A stretch of DNA of 64,000 bases. Origin: Orbicella franksi (Eukaryota). Below the pieces are notes generated by a model, which did no database searches, was not told the DNA's origin, and was given only the letters and a program-made list of their open reading frames with translations. The stretch lies in the NCBI GenBank assembly GCA_964199315.1, contig OZ116698.1:5146001-5210000 (forward strand), given 5' to 3'. Numbering within the stretch: the stretch's first letter is position 1; each line of letters opens with the position of its first letter. A program made the position numbers and the translations under genes. This document shows, piece by piece, positions 37,365-49,613 of the stretch.

Positions 37365-37408
37365 AGCAACTGACGAGAATCGTGAAGATTCGAAACCGCG
37401 GTCTTGCT
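37365..37408 (+). ncRNA. Minimal type I hammerhead ribozyme
   Basis: AGCAA-CTGACGA-GAATC/GTGAA/GATTC-GAAA-CCGCG-GTC-TTGCT: complete core, 5-bp stems I and II, palindromic stem III, predicted cleavage after C37403. Confidence 0.9.
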
Positions 37409-37438
37409 TAAAACCACAAATTGCTTGCTGTTCTGATC

Positions 37439-39996
37439 ATGGACACGGAGGATAAACTGTTGTCTGATACGAGCCCGTTAAACACACCACTGGATGAGAA
37501 TGAAATGGCCGGGTGCTCAAAGGACAGCGACATTGATAGTGCCTCAGAGCCCGAGGACGAAATAACGAGTTATCAACCCATCAAAACACCATCAGAGACA
37601 ACAGCAAAAAACCAAAGAAACGGAGAAAACAGAAAAAGAAAAGCAGAACCAGAAAACCTTTACTCGCTGGAGGATAAAATCAAACAAACTGAGGAGTCCA
37701 TAAAGAAGCTACAGACACACTTGGACAATAAGACCTGTCCAAAGTCATTACGATACAGAGCGCGGGCGAATATCCCGCCGGACGAACAGTTCAAAAAAGA
37801 CATTCAGGTGGTCAAACAAAAAGCAGAGCATGGCTTTCTATCAGCACTCACTAGGTTTAATTACCGCTGCCTCGAGAAACAAAAAATTAAGTTTCGCAAA
37901 GAAAAAGGTAAAACTCTCCGAAAAGGAACTCCAGAGAGAGGCTTAAATAACAAATCCAAACCTAAACCGCTATCGGCGGACATCAGTGTAAAAAACCTAG
38001 CAGCTATACTAGGAATCGATGCTGAAAATGTGCCTACACTACTGTCAACATTAAAGGAAGTTGTAAACAATAAAGATGTTGAAAAGTACACATGTCTGTT
38101 CACTGAATGTTCTAACACTGCTAACACAGACAGAAAAAATAAAAGGAAGGGAAAATCAAAAATCACAAAAACACAAATAAAAACCAAAAAGCGTAATGAA
38201 TGCAGAAAACTATCAACCTCTTCTCTTACAAAAAATAACGATAGATTTATTAAAAATCTATCGAAAGCGAATTTGACTGACAACCAAATTAAATTGCTAT
38301 CAAAGGGATTAAAATTTATACCAACCGCCACAGTAACGAAAACTAAAATACGGCGCCAACTCTTGCAAGATTACAAGGATTTCGCAAGACGAATGTGCTT
38401 AAAATAATTTTTCACGGGCAAAACAAATCAATACATCCCTTCTATGTCAAATCAAACTGGGAACCGCCAGTCCAACCATCAGTCACATTAGAAACCTACC
38501 TGGAAGAGGTTAAACAACAAATCGCGGAGATAAAAATAACCAGACAAAAACCAAACTTGTCACACAAAGAACGTAAAGCGCTAAATGTTTTACAGCAAAG
38601 CAAAGATCTTAATTTCAAAAAAGCGGACAAGGGAAGCACACTTGTAGTCATGGATAAAAATGATAAAATACAAGAGGGCCAAGTCCAAATCAATGACCTA
38701 GATAATTACAAGCCTCTTGACAAGCCTATAGTTAAGGAAACACATACGAAGGTGTCACGCTTGATCTCAGAACTACACCGTGGCAACTACATTGATGACA
38801 TGACTAGAAAGTGGTTATCTCAAACACCAAATCTACCGCGGATTCCGGAATTCTATACCCTTACAAAGATCCACAAACCTACTCTAGTAGGAAGACCAAT
38901 TATCTCAGGCTGCAGTGGGCCTACAGAACGAATATCAGCATTTGTTGACACATTACTTCAGCCTATTTCCATATCACAAGCGTCTTATCTAAAAGACACT
39001 ACAGATTTTATTAATTTCATTGAAAAGACGAAAGTGAATAAACAAACATTCCTTGTATCAATGGACGTAACAAGTCTATATACTAATATACCACAAGAAG
39101 AGGGTATAACTACAGTATGCAGAGCATATGAAAACTTTCACAGAAATAACCCTCCTATCCCCACACAATATCTCAAAGAAATGCTAAGCCTGATACTGAA
39201 AGAAAATTCTTTCCAATTCAACGGTAAGAATTATCTACAAATCCACGGTACCGCCATGGGTACTAAAATGGCCGTTGCTTTTGCAAATATTTTTATGGCC
39301 AATATCAAAACAGAGATTCTTAGCAATAGCATCGCAAAACCCACAATCTGGAAACGATATATTGACGATATTTTTTCTTTGTGGGATGTTAGCCAACCTG
39401 ATATAGACAAGTTCATCAAACAAGCAAACTCACATCACCCTACAATCAAATTTACAGCTGAAATTTCAAATACTGAAACTACATTTCTGGATACAGTTGT
39501 ATACAAAGGCAAACGATTTAGAGATCAATCCATCCTGGATATAAAAACACACTTTAAGCCAACTGAAACCTTTCAATACCCTCATTTTTCCTCTAGCCAC
39601 CCACCGGGTGTCAAAAAGGGATTCGTGAAGGGCGAAGCTCTAAGACTCTTACGAACTAACTCTTCAAGAGCAACATTTGAAGAGAACATTTACAAATTCA
39701 AATCACGTCTCCTTGCTAGAGGTTACCCGAAAAATCTGATCGAAACACTCCTTTCAGATATTAAATTCACAGAAAGGGAATCGGCGCTAAGACAAAAACA
39801 TGAAAGCTGGAAAGAACTCTTGCCTTTTGTAACACAATATCAACCATCAGTGCCCAACCTCAAAAATGTTTTAATGGAAAAATGGCACTTGATACAAAAT
39901 CAGCCTTCTCTACGGCAAATTTTCAAAGAGCCACCACTAATATCGTATAAAAGAGGTAAATCCCTAAAAGACATACTCGTAAGAGCAAAACTATAA
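37439..39996 (+). CDS. Penelope-like N-terminal domain plus RT (one frameshift near 38400), ending RAKL* with no GIY-YIG
   Basis: KADKG, FYTLTKIHKP, GRPIISG, MDVTSLYTNIP, GTAMG, RYIDDIF, FLD, YKRGKSLKDILVRAKL. Confidence 0.88.
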
Positions 39997-40080
39997 AGGG
40001 GTCATATATTACATGGTACAAAAGTTTCCATTGTTAGAAGTTGTGCAGGCCTGTCACTCCTTGCTAATTCCTACTGTGAT

Positions 40081-43000
40081 CGCAAGAATGCTGGTGCTGT
40101 GTCGGTGACTGACACCCTGGATGTTTTGCAGTCGTGTCACCCGACCAAGCAAGCTTTTACTTGGCTCCGTCCTGATGGCACTTCTGCCTCCAGGATCGAT
40201 CTTGTTGGTTGCTGTTTCTTGGTTGTCCTCTGTTTCCTCCTGTGATATTTTTGCCTGTCCTGTTTCTGATCATTCAGCTGTCTCCTTGTCTTTGAAGTCC
40301 CTCCCTGATGCTGTCTCTCGTGGATCTGGCTTTTGGAAGCTATATACTTCTATCCTGGCAGAACCCGATTATGTTGGTGAGGTTTCAGCCTTTTGGTGTG
40401 CTTGGCAGTGTGCTAGAGACTCGTTCTCTTCGCTTCTGGATTGGTGGGATTTGGGAAAGGCATGTATCAAATCCCTGTCCCTTGATTACTGTTGTCGTCG
40501 CTCTGCTAAAAAGAAAGAGTGGTCCAAATTGTTATCTGAGAAGGTGGCTAGTTTGAAATCTTTGGTTGACCAGGGCCATGTTTCTACTCTGTCTGACTAT
40601 AGGGAAGCGCTTTCCGATCTTCAGGAGTATTCCCTTGATCAGGCCCATGGTGCGCAGGTTCGCTCGCGTGCTACGTGGGTTGAGGAGGGTGAGTCATCGA
40701 CTGCCTACTTCTTCCGTCTTGAGAAGAAGCGCAAGGCAGAAAGCACCAGCTTCTCTCTCAAAGTTGGTGACCGCTCTGTTACTTCTACTGAGGATCTTCT
40801 GGCTGCCACCGCTGATTTCCATAGGAATTCGTATAGCTCTTGTGAGACGGATCCAGTTGTCCTCGAGGAGTTACTCTCCAATCTCTCCTTATCTCTTTCT
40901 CCTGAGGAGGCTGACCTGTGCGAAGGTGACTTGACGGTCCCTGAGTGCCTCCAGGCTGTACAGGGCATGGCTAAAAGCAAGACGCCTGGCCTTGATGGCC
41001 TGCCTGCCGAGTTCTATCTTGCCTTTTGGTCCGTTTTGGGCTCTGATTTGGTTGATGTCTTAAACTGTGCTTTTCGTCTTGGGTTTCTTTCCGTGTCTCA
41101 ACGTCGTGGTCTTATTAATCTTGTTTTTAAAGCTCATGACCGGTCCTTGCTCAAGAACTGGCACCCTATTTCTCTGTTGTGCGTTGATTATAAAATTGGT
41201 TCTCGCGCTATTGCTGGTCGCCTCCTGCATGTTATCGATAGAGTTGTGTCTCCAGATCAGACGGCTGGTGTTCCTGGCCAGTTTATTGGTGAGAATGTTG
41301 TGTATGTTCGTGATGCCATCCAGTATGCCTCTTTGAAAGATCTACCCTTGGCAGTTCTTACCCTTGATCAGGAGAAGGGGTTCGACCGAGTTGAATGGGA
41401 GGTTTTATTTTGCACCCTTGAACGTTTGGGTTTTGGCCCTTCGTTCTGTAAGTGGGTGCAGACCTTGTATACTGGTGTCCAGAGTTCAGTCATTGTTAAT
41501 GGCTATCTGTCTGAATTTTTTAATCTGCAGAGGAGTTCGTCAGGGTTGTCCCCTTTCTCCTCTTCTTTATGTCTTGGTTGCTGAGACTTTGGCTGCCACC
41601 CTCAAAGCTTGCCCGAGGATTAAGGGTCTGTCCCTCCCAGCTCCTTTGCCTTCTCCTAGTTTTCTTTCTCAGTATGCTGACACCTCCATCCTTGTCACTA
41701 CTGACGATTCTATGTTGGCTGTTTTCGATGTCTTTGATCGTTATGAGCTTGGGTCTGGTGCCCGCCTTAACCTTAAGAAGTGCAAAGGTTTATGGGTGGG
41801 GGCATGGCGGAATTGTGTGTCGGGTCCCGTTGATATCCGGTGGTCTGCTGTTAAACTTCGCTGTCTTGGCTCTTTTGTGGGTCCGGGTGATCTGTCTCAT
41901 GACAACTGGGATCCCCGGATCCAGTCTCTTAAAAACCTACTGTTCACCTGGTGCCAGCGTTCCCTCACCTTTCAAGGTAGGGCTCTGGTTATCAATGCGT
42001 TGGCTCTCTCTGGCCTTTGGTATCTTGGTTCTGTCGTGTCCCCTCTGGATTGGGTAATCTCTGCCATCAATGCTGAGATCTTTTCCTTCTTTTGGTTGGG
42101 GAAGAAAGATAAGGTTTCCCGCTGTAGTTTGTCAGCCAAAGTCTGAGGGTGGTTTTGGTGTAGTTGACGTTACTGCCAAGTTTCGTGCCCTTCATGTGGC
42201 TTGGGTTCGTCGCCTCTGTCAATCTTCCTCGAGTTGGTCTCTGTTTTTCAAGTTGTTTTGTTTGAAGTTTTTTGGTGATGACCCTGCTGTCGTTCTGGCT
42301 TACCCTGCTTTTTACCTGTATGAACTTTTGCCAACCTTTTATTCCTCGATGTTTCATGTTTGGGGCTTGTTGGGTGGCCATGGTGTTTTTCCCAACTTGT
42401 TGTTTAGTAACTCTGGTGTGGTAACTTCTGTGGATTGCTTGTCTGTTAAGTTGGCGTACTCTTACGTCCCTCGGCAGTTCCTCACTGTGTCACTAAGTTT
42501 TGTGCTGTTTTTGGTGACCTGTATTGGTCGACAACTTGGTCTCAAGTTCATGTCATGCCTTTTGATCGTCTCCGTTCATCTTTTCGTATGTCGTCTGTTC
42601 CTCCTGATTGTTTCTGTGGTGCTCCCTTAGAGACTGCGGGCCATTTGTTTTTTGAGTGCCCTTTGGCCCAGAGTGTTTTGGCTTGGGTGCAGTCTCTCTT
42701 AGTCCTTGTTGTCCCGTCTGCTCCGTCACTGTGTCTTCGTCATGTGCTGTTTGGGTTTGACACCGCCGAATCCACGGTTATCCCTCTGGTTTTCTCCTAT
42801 TTGATCAACCTGGCTAAACATCGCATCTGGTTGGCATGTAACGATTTCTGTTTAGGAACCAGCTGCCCTCTGCAGTTGAGGTCATTGCAGCGGTTCACTC
42901 CCAGGCCTGTTTTATTCTAAAACTCTGGTTTCCTAAGTGTGCATGCTGATTTTTCATTAAACAGTGGGGTGCTTCTGGTGTCATTGCTTCTGTTTCTGGT

Positions 43001-43367
43001 GATGAGGTTCAGTTTAATTTCTAACTTGTAGTCTGCTTGTCAGACTCCGCTGCCTGTTTCAATTGTTTGTTTTCATTTAAATGCAAAATCATAAAAAAAT
43101 TATTCATGTACGTTCTGTTGTATTGTCTCCTGTTTTTCTTCTTTGTTGTGTTCCATGTTGAGATTCACCTCTGGGCCGGGTGTCTCCCCTATCCCTCCTA
43201 TTGTTTTGTCTGTGTATTTGTCCTTGTTTAGTCTAAGTGTGTAATCTTGCCTGGGGAGAGGCTGGGTTCAATTCCCGGGCGACTTATGGCGACGTGGGTG
43301 TCCCTCTCCTCGGTTTGCACGTGTTGGCATTGCACTTCGCCTTCATCTGCTCTCCACAAAAAAAAAA
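40081..43367 (+). mobile_element. Tx1-group element G (5'-truncated in endonuclease, U1-targeting)
   Basis: SRIDLV, WKL, LDQEKGFDRV, GVRQGCPLSP, QYAD; structured 3' UTR; A-tail joined to ACTTACCTG. Confidence 0.88.
43255..43346 (+). ncRNA. Structured 3'-UTR module of element G
   Basis: GGAGAGG/CCTCTCC stem; CTGGG-TTCAATT-CCCGG 43262-43278; GGC-ATTGCACTTC-GCC 43326-43341. Confidence 0.75.
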
Positions 43368-43384
43368 ACTTACCTGACACAGGC
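43368..43384 (+). repeat. U1-derived target-site duplication between G and H
   Basis: A-tail then ACTTACCTGACACAGGC. Confidence 0.85.
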
Positions 43385-44934
43385 TTTTATGGTCGAAGGC
43401 CCTATCATTTTGGTACGCCTTTTGCTGTCCTTCTGTCATTTTGGTAAGTTTGCCAGCTTTTGGCTGGTTTTTGTGGCTTTTCTAGCTATTTTCTGGGCGC
43501 CATCTTGCCTTCGAGTTTTCTTGTTGTTCCCTTGGTCACCCATCCAGCGTTTAGTTAAGCCGGGTTGCCCATCCGGTTGGGTGTCCCGCCCATCTGGGCT
43601 TAACTTTTTGGTTTGCCCTTTTGGGTGTGTTTGTTTTGTATCTCTCTTGTTTTTCCAGTCATGCCTACCAACTATATGACTCGCATGGCTGATTTAAAGG
43701 TTAATTGTTTTGCTGAGGATGCCTCCAATACTGATATTGCAAAGTCTATCGTGGAGCATTTTGCTGCTCAAAACATCAAAGTTCTTGCTTTACAGAAATG
43801 TCCTAACAAGATCGACCGTGTAAGCTTTTAAGATAGGACTGCTTGCGAGATTGTGCAACTTAGGAGTGAGTAGGATATGAAAGGTGTTAAAGTGGCTGTG
43901 GTCCCTCCCCCTCCTCCACCTCCAAATTGGGTAAATGTTGTTGTTTACAACTATCCCTATGATGCGCCAAACTCGTTTATTAATGATGCGCTGGGCTCCT
44001 TTGGAACTGTTCAAGGTATTCAATTCCAACATTGGACCAATCTCCCCGAAATTGCGACTGGTACGTGTGTCATACGCATCAACCTTAAAAGCTCTATCCC
44101 TCGGTTTATAACTATTAATTCTTACCGTTGTAAGGTCTGGTATCGTGGTCAGCCCATTTATTGCGACATCTGTAAGGAAGGCACTTGTATTGCCTTTAAT
44201 TGTCCTTACAAAGGGAAGTGTCTAGCTTGCAAAGGGGTGGGGCATTTTGCTCGTAAGTGTCCCACTGTATGTTTTAAATGTAAAGGCGGTCATGCTTTGG
44301 GCTCCTTTCCTAACTGTCGCCGCTGGAAGCAAGTTGCGCTTGATGATGATTTCCAATCGGTTACTTCAGAGGTTGATGCTGGTAATGTCGTCGCTAGTGA
44401 TATGGGTGGTGTTGCTGCTGAGGTTAACGATGCAGACACGAATATTGCCGATCCTTCTCTTGCCGTTGCCCCTGCTGCTGACGTTTCTGCTATTGGTTCC
44501 TCTGCCGCTGATCCTGCTGCCCGTGGCGGGGCTCGTCCTTTTGATTTTTTGTCTCCGCAGCCTTTGCAGACGCCTGATGCCTCCCACCCCTCTTTGCTTC
44601 CTGACAAGAGGCTCAACCAACTGGATGAACTCCAGACTCAGTCAGATGGTTCCCCAAGTCAGTTGGTTTTGGTTGGTTTGTCTGGGATTGTGAATGAAGC
44701 CTCTGTAACTGTCCTCCAGTCTTCTGATAGCCTTGTTGCTGCTTCGTCATCTGGTGAGAGTTGTAGTGTTCAATCTCATGATAGTGTTATGGTGGAACCT
44801 TCGTCTGCTCGAAAGCGCGTCGCCTCAGATCTTTTGTCTTCTGACAGCAGTTATCGGTCTAAACCTAAATCGCATGCCCGGAAGGCCTCTCGCATTCCAG
44901 GCCGTCATTTACCTTCTGGTGTCTGTTCCTGCCA

Positions 44935-45900
44935 GTTTGGCTTGTTCGAGGTCCTCCTCGAACTTGAGGCCTCCCTCCAGATCCAGATGGCTCTCTCCGC
45001 TGTTGTTGCTTCGTTGATGGTTTTTGCAGGTTTGGTTGGTTTTATTGTTGTCCAAATTCCCAATTGTGTTGGTCTTTGGTCCAAATTTCCAATTATTATC
45101 GATGTAAAGGTAGTAATTGATATTAATAATATATATTGCTTAGTTGTTTTCACTAAACTCCGTAGTATACCAATTGTTCCATGTTCCAAATTATCACTTA
45201 CATTCTGGTGTTTCTGCCACTGCTTGTTTAGCTTGTTTGAGGTCCTCAAGCTTGATGTCTTCCTTCAAAATGTGATGGCTTTCTCCGCTTTTGTTACTTT
45301 GTTGATGGTTTTTGCTGTTTTTGTTGTCCAAATTTCCAATTGTGTTGTCCTTTTGTCCAAATTTCCAATTATTATCTATGTGAAAGTAATTATTGATATT
45401 GATAATATATATTGCTTAGTTGTTTTAACTAAACTCCGTAGTGTACCAATTGTTCCATGTTCCAAATTATCACTTACCTTCTGGTGTTTCTGCTGCTGCC
45501 TGTTTAGCTTGTTCGAGGTCCTCCTCAAACTTGATGTCTTCCTTCAAAATGTGAAGGCTTTTTCCGCTTTTGCTGCTTGTTGATGGATTTTGCTGGTTTG
45601 GTTGGTTCTATTGTTGTCCAAATTCCCAATTGCGTAGTTCTTTGCTCCAAATTTCCAATTATTATTTCTAGTGTATACCTCAACCTATTTTATAACTTAA
45701 GTATCGTAATTGTAGTGAAAGTAGAAGTAGATATCAATAACATATATTGCTTAGTTAATCTAACTAAACCCTGTAGTGCACCAATTGTTATCCTTGTATT
45801 GTCTCTGGTTCCAAATTCCAAATTGTTTGTGGTGTCTATGGGTCCAAATTGTGTCTCAATTTACTTGTTGTGCCAAATTGCAATTGTTGTTTGCTGTTCT
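44935..45900. repeat. Three ~280-290 bp degenerate tandem units inserted between ORF1 and ORF2 of H
   Basis: CTTGTT(C/T)GAGGTCCTC recurs at 44941, 45232, 45508. Confidence 0.8.
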
Positions 45901-48900
45901 CCAGCTTCTCTCCTACCATGGCCTTGTCTGTCCTCTCTCTTAATTGCAATGGGATTAGAGACCAGTCTAAAAGGACCGGCCTTGTTCAGTGGTTGCACTC
46001 CTTGCCTCTTACTGTTGATGTGGTCTGTCTGCAGGAGACTCACTGTGTCTCTTTGGCAGAGTGTATCTCGTGGTTTTCCTCTTCTGGTTTTTTGTCTTGT
46101 GTTTCTCCTGGTTCTAATCACTTCCGTGGCTGTGTCATCCTATATCTCCCCCGTTGTCCCTTGTGGACTCATGGTCTGATGCAGATGGCCGCCTTCTGCA
46201 ATGTGAGTTTTCTTTCTATGGCAAGTCGTTTCGTGTTTGTCATCTCTATGCGCCTAATCAAAACCCTGATCATGACCAGTTCCTTGAGAATGTTTCTGAC
46301 GGGATCGATCCTTCTGTCCCCACCCTTCTTGTGGGTGACTTTAATACCGTTTTTGATCAGTTAAAGGATCGTCGTGGCTCTGATCCACTTTATTCCAGCC
46401 GTGAGAGCTCTGTTCGCTTGTCTGCCCTGTTTGACACTTGCTGTGTCGTTGATATCTGGCGGCACTTTCACCCCGACTCTTCTGGCTTTACTTGGACCAA
46501 GCAGGATGGCTCTATTGCCTCCCAAATTGACCTCTGCGGTGTACCCTATGCGTGGGTGCCCTCTGTTTCCTCCTGTGACATTGTTTCCTGTCCTTTTTCT
46601 GACCATTGTGCTCTTCTTTTGTCGTTGTCTGTTCCAGATGTTGTTCTCCCTGGCCCTGGATTGTGGAAATTAAATACCTCTATTCTATCTATGGAGCATT
46701 GTGATCTTATTTCTATTGCCTGGAGTAAATGGCGCTCCTCAGTCTCTCGTTTCCCTTCTCTTGCCAAGTGGTGGGAGGGAGGCAAGAGTCTCATTAAAGG
46801 TCTTACGATCAAGTACTGTTGTCAGAGATCAAAAGCTCATTCTAGCAGTAGAGATCTCGTCCGCTTGATTGATCATTTGAAGATGAAAATTGATGGTGGC
46901 TCTTCCTCTTGTGTTGGCCCGTATCATTCAGCCCTTGCAGAATTGGCCAAATTGGATCTTGAGGCTGCTAGAGGGGCCCAGGTCTGTTCTAGGGCCCGCT
47001 GGGTTTAAGGTGAGACTTCCTCTGCCTATTTCTTTAGGCTTGAAAAGAAGTGCGGGGCCGATCGCCGGATTTCGGCAATCAAGTTAGATGATGGTACCAT
47101 TGTCTCTTCCCCCGCTGAGTTATGTGCAGCTTTTGGTGCTTTTTATACTTCTTTATTTTCTGCCAACTCCACTGATCCTGTTATTCGTGCTTCTCCCCTT
47201 GAGAATGTCTCTTCCTCCCTGCCTCCTGACATGGCTGCCCTCTGTGAAGGACACCTTACTGTCCGGAATGTCTTACTGCCCTTCAGGGTATGGCCAGGTG
47301 TAAGGCTCCTGGCTTTGATGGCCTTCCCATCGAGTTTTATCTGAAATTCTGGTCTGTCCTTGGTCCTGATTTGGTCAATGTCCTTAACTTGTGTTTTGAC
47401 ACTGGATGTGTCTCCTTGTCTCAGCGTCGTGGCGTCATTTCTGTTTTTGAAGAAGGGTGATCGTTTGGACCCTAAGAATTGGCGTCTGATCTCTCTTCTT
47501 AATGTGGATTATAAATTAGCTGTGCGTGTCATTGCTGGTCGCCTTTTGAACGTCATCCATTTGGTTGTTGATAAAGACCAGACTTGCAAGGTCCCTGGCC
47601 AGTTTATTGGCGAAAATGTGGCTTTCCTCCGTGATGTTCTCTACTGCTCTACCTCCTTTGATGTGCCTGTCGCTATTCTTTCGCTAGATCAAGAAAAGGC
47701 TTTTCACAGGGTGGACTGGGATTTCATGCGGTCCACTCTATCTACTATGGGTTTTGGTCCTTCTTTCGTCTCATGGGTCAACCTTTTCTACAATTGTGTT
47801 CAAAGTGCTGTTAATGTCAATGGTTATCTGTCACCCTTCTTTAATCTATCTCGTGGTGTGCGTCAAGGCTGTCCTCTCTCCCCTTTGCTGTATGTGCTTG
47901 TTTCTGAAGTTCTCGCTGTAAATATCCGTTGTAACCCCCGCATTTCTGGTCCTACCCTTCCTGGGTCATCACCTTTGTCTCCCATTTCCCAATACGCCGA
48001 TGATACCTCTCTCGTCTTGTCATCTGACAACTCCATCAAAGCTACCTTTGACACCTACAATTTGTATCAGAAAGCCTCTGGTTAAAAATTAAATTGTGGC
48101 AAGTCCAAGGGTCTTTGGCTTGGTAGCTGGCGTGGCCGTTTGGATCCTCCCGTTGACCTTGATTGGTCCTCGTCTAAACTGAAGGTCCTAGGTGTGTTCA
48201 TTGGTATTGAGGACCTGGTGTAAGACAATTGGTGGCCTCGTATTCATGCTGTAGACAATGTTCTCTCTTCTTGGCGTTCTCATTCCTTGTCCCTTCGTGG
48301 GAAGGCTTTTGTAATCAACGCGCTTGCCTTGTCTTGTATTTGGTATGTTGGTTCCCTTGTTTTCATGCCGCCTCGTGTCATGCATGAGCTTTGTACCTTG
48401 GTATTCAACTTCTTTTGGAGTGGCAAACGTGACCTTGTCTCTCGTGGTGTGGTTGTCCAGCCGCCCCTTTATGGCGGCTTTTGTGTTGTAGATGTTAAGT
48501 TGAAAGTCTGGTCGCTTTTGGCTCAATGGGTGAAGCGTTTTGCTCCCTCCCGTTCTGGTTGGGTTTCGTTTATGTCCTTTTGGTTTGATTTGTATTTCAG
48601 TGCCTCTTTCCTTGATGTGTTCTCCTCCCCATTTTCCTTTCAACCTGGTGATCTCCCTCCTTTCTACAAGTCTCTGGTTTTGGCTTGGCGTGAGCTTGGA
48701 GGTGCCTTTTCCACCTCCCGGTCTTCTTTGGTCTTTGGTTCTGCCGATCCTCATTTTTGTGTTCCTGTCTGTTCTATGTCTACAAAGTCCTGTTATCAGT
48801 TTTTGTTGTCCGATAGACTTGCTGACCCCCATTGTGTTGAAAAGTTTGCTCCCGTGTTCGGTTTGCTTTACTGGCCCTCTACGTGGCGTTCTTTGTCCTT

Positions 48901-49613
48901 TTTCGACCTGGATCACCAAGTGTTAGATCTCAATTGGAACATTGCCCACGGTGTCCTCTACACTGCTGACCGTCTTTCCTCTTTTGCCCTTCCTCTCCCT
49001 CTTCCGTGTTTCTGGGTGCTCCTGTTGAGTCTTTGTCTCACTTGTTTTACGCTTGTCCTTTGGCCCAAAGTGTTCTGTCCTGGCTTCAATCGTTGATGTT
49101 CTCCTTTAGTCTGATGTCCCCTGTTCTGCTTGTCCGTGATTCTCTCTTTGGCTGATGAGTTACGTGCTACCCCTCGCGTTTTTGATTACATTCTGAATGT
49201 GTGCAAATTCTTTATTTGCCGGTCTAGGAATGACTTCCGTTTTCGCAGTGTAAAGCCTGGCACTTTGCCTGTCATCGAGTGTATGAAGTTGGGTGTGAAG
49301 TTCAACCTTTCGTTGTTCTTTAAGCGTTTCAAGTCCTCTCGTCGCCGTCATTTTTTTCATCGTCAATGGGGTACTTGTGGTGTTATTGCTTCTGTTACTA
49401 CTGGTCAACTGTCACTCAATATCTAAGTTTTAGTTTATATTAGGTTGTTTGTTGTGTCCTCTTGAACTGCGTCTCCTTAGTTGGTGTACTGTTTGCAGGG
49501 TTGTGTCTGTTGTTTCGTTTCGTCCTGTTCTATCTGTCTTGTGTTTGTCCTTGGTGTTGTCCTGTTTGTTTTGTTTTGTGTGTCGGGGTTTTTGGGTTGG
49601 GAATTTTTCTAAT

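Larger units (their letters stand above)
36326..40080 (+). mobile_element. Penelope-like element in partial tandem (608-bp 3' segment repeated at 36326-36933 and 39473-40080)
   Basis: PLE-type RT; direct repeat with about four substitutions by eye; hammerhead upstream of the ORF. Confidence 0.9.

Noticed and set aside
43255-43310. T-loop motifs (also 13013, 49622) as tRNA genes
   Set aside because: No upstream D arm or anticodon arm; helix order does not fit a cloverleaf
43877-45583. 568-aa ORF as one protein
   Set aside because: ORF1 of H simply reads through into the inserted tandem repeat; the hydrophobic C-half is repeat-derived
48188-48919. Long minus-strand ORFs opposite Tx1 ORF2 (also 10951-11957, 37861-38331)
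   Set aside because: Antisense shadows of T-rich or A-rich coding strands with no recognisable motifs
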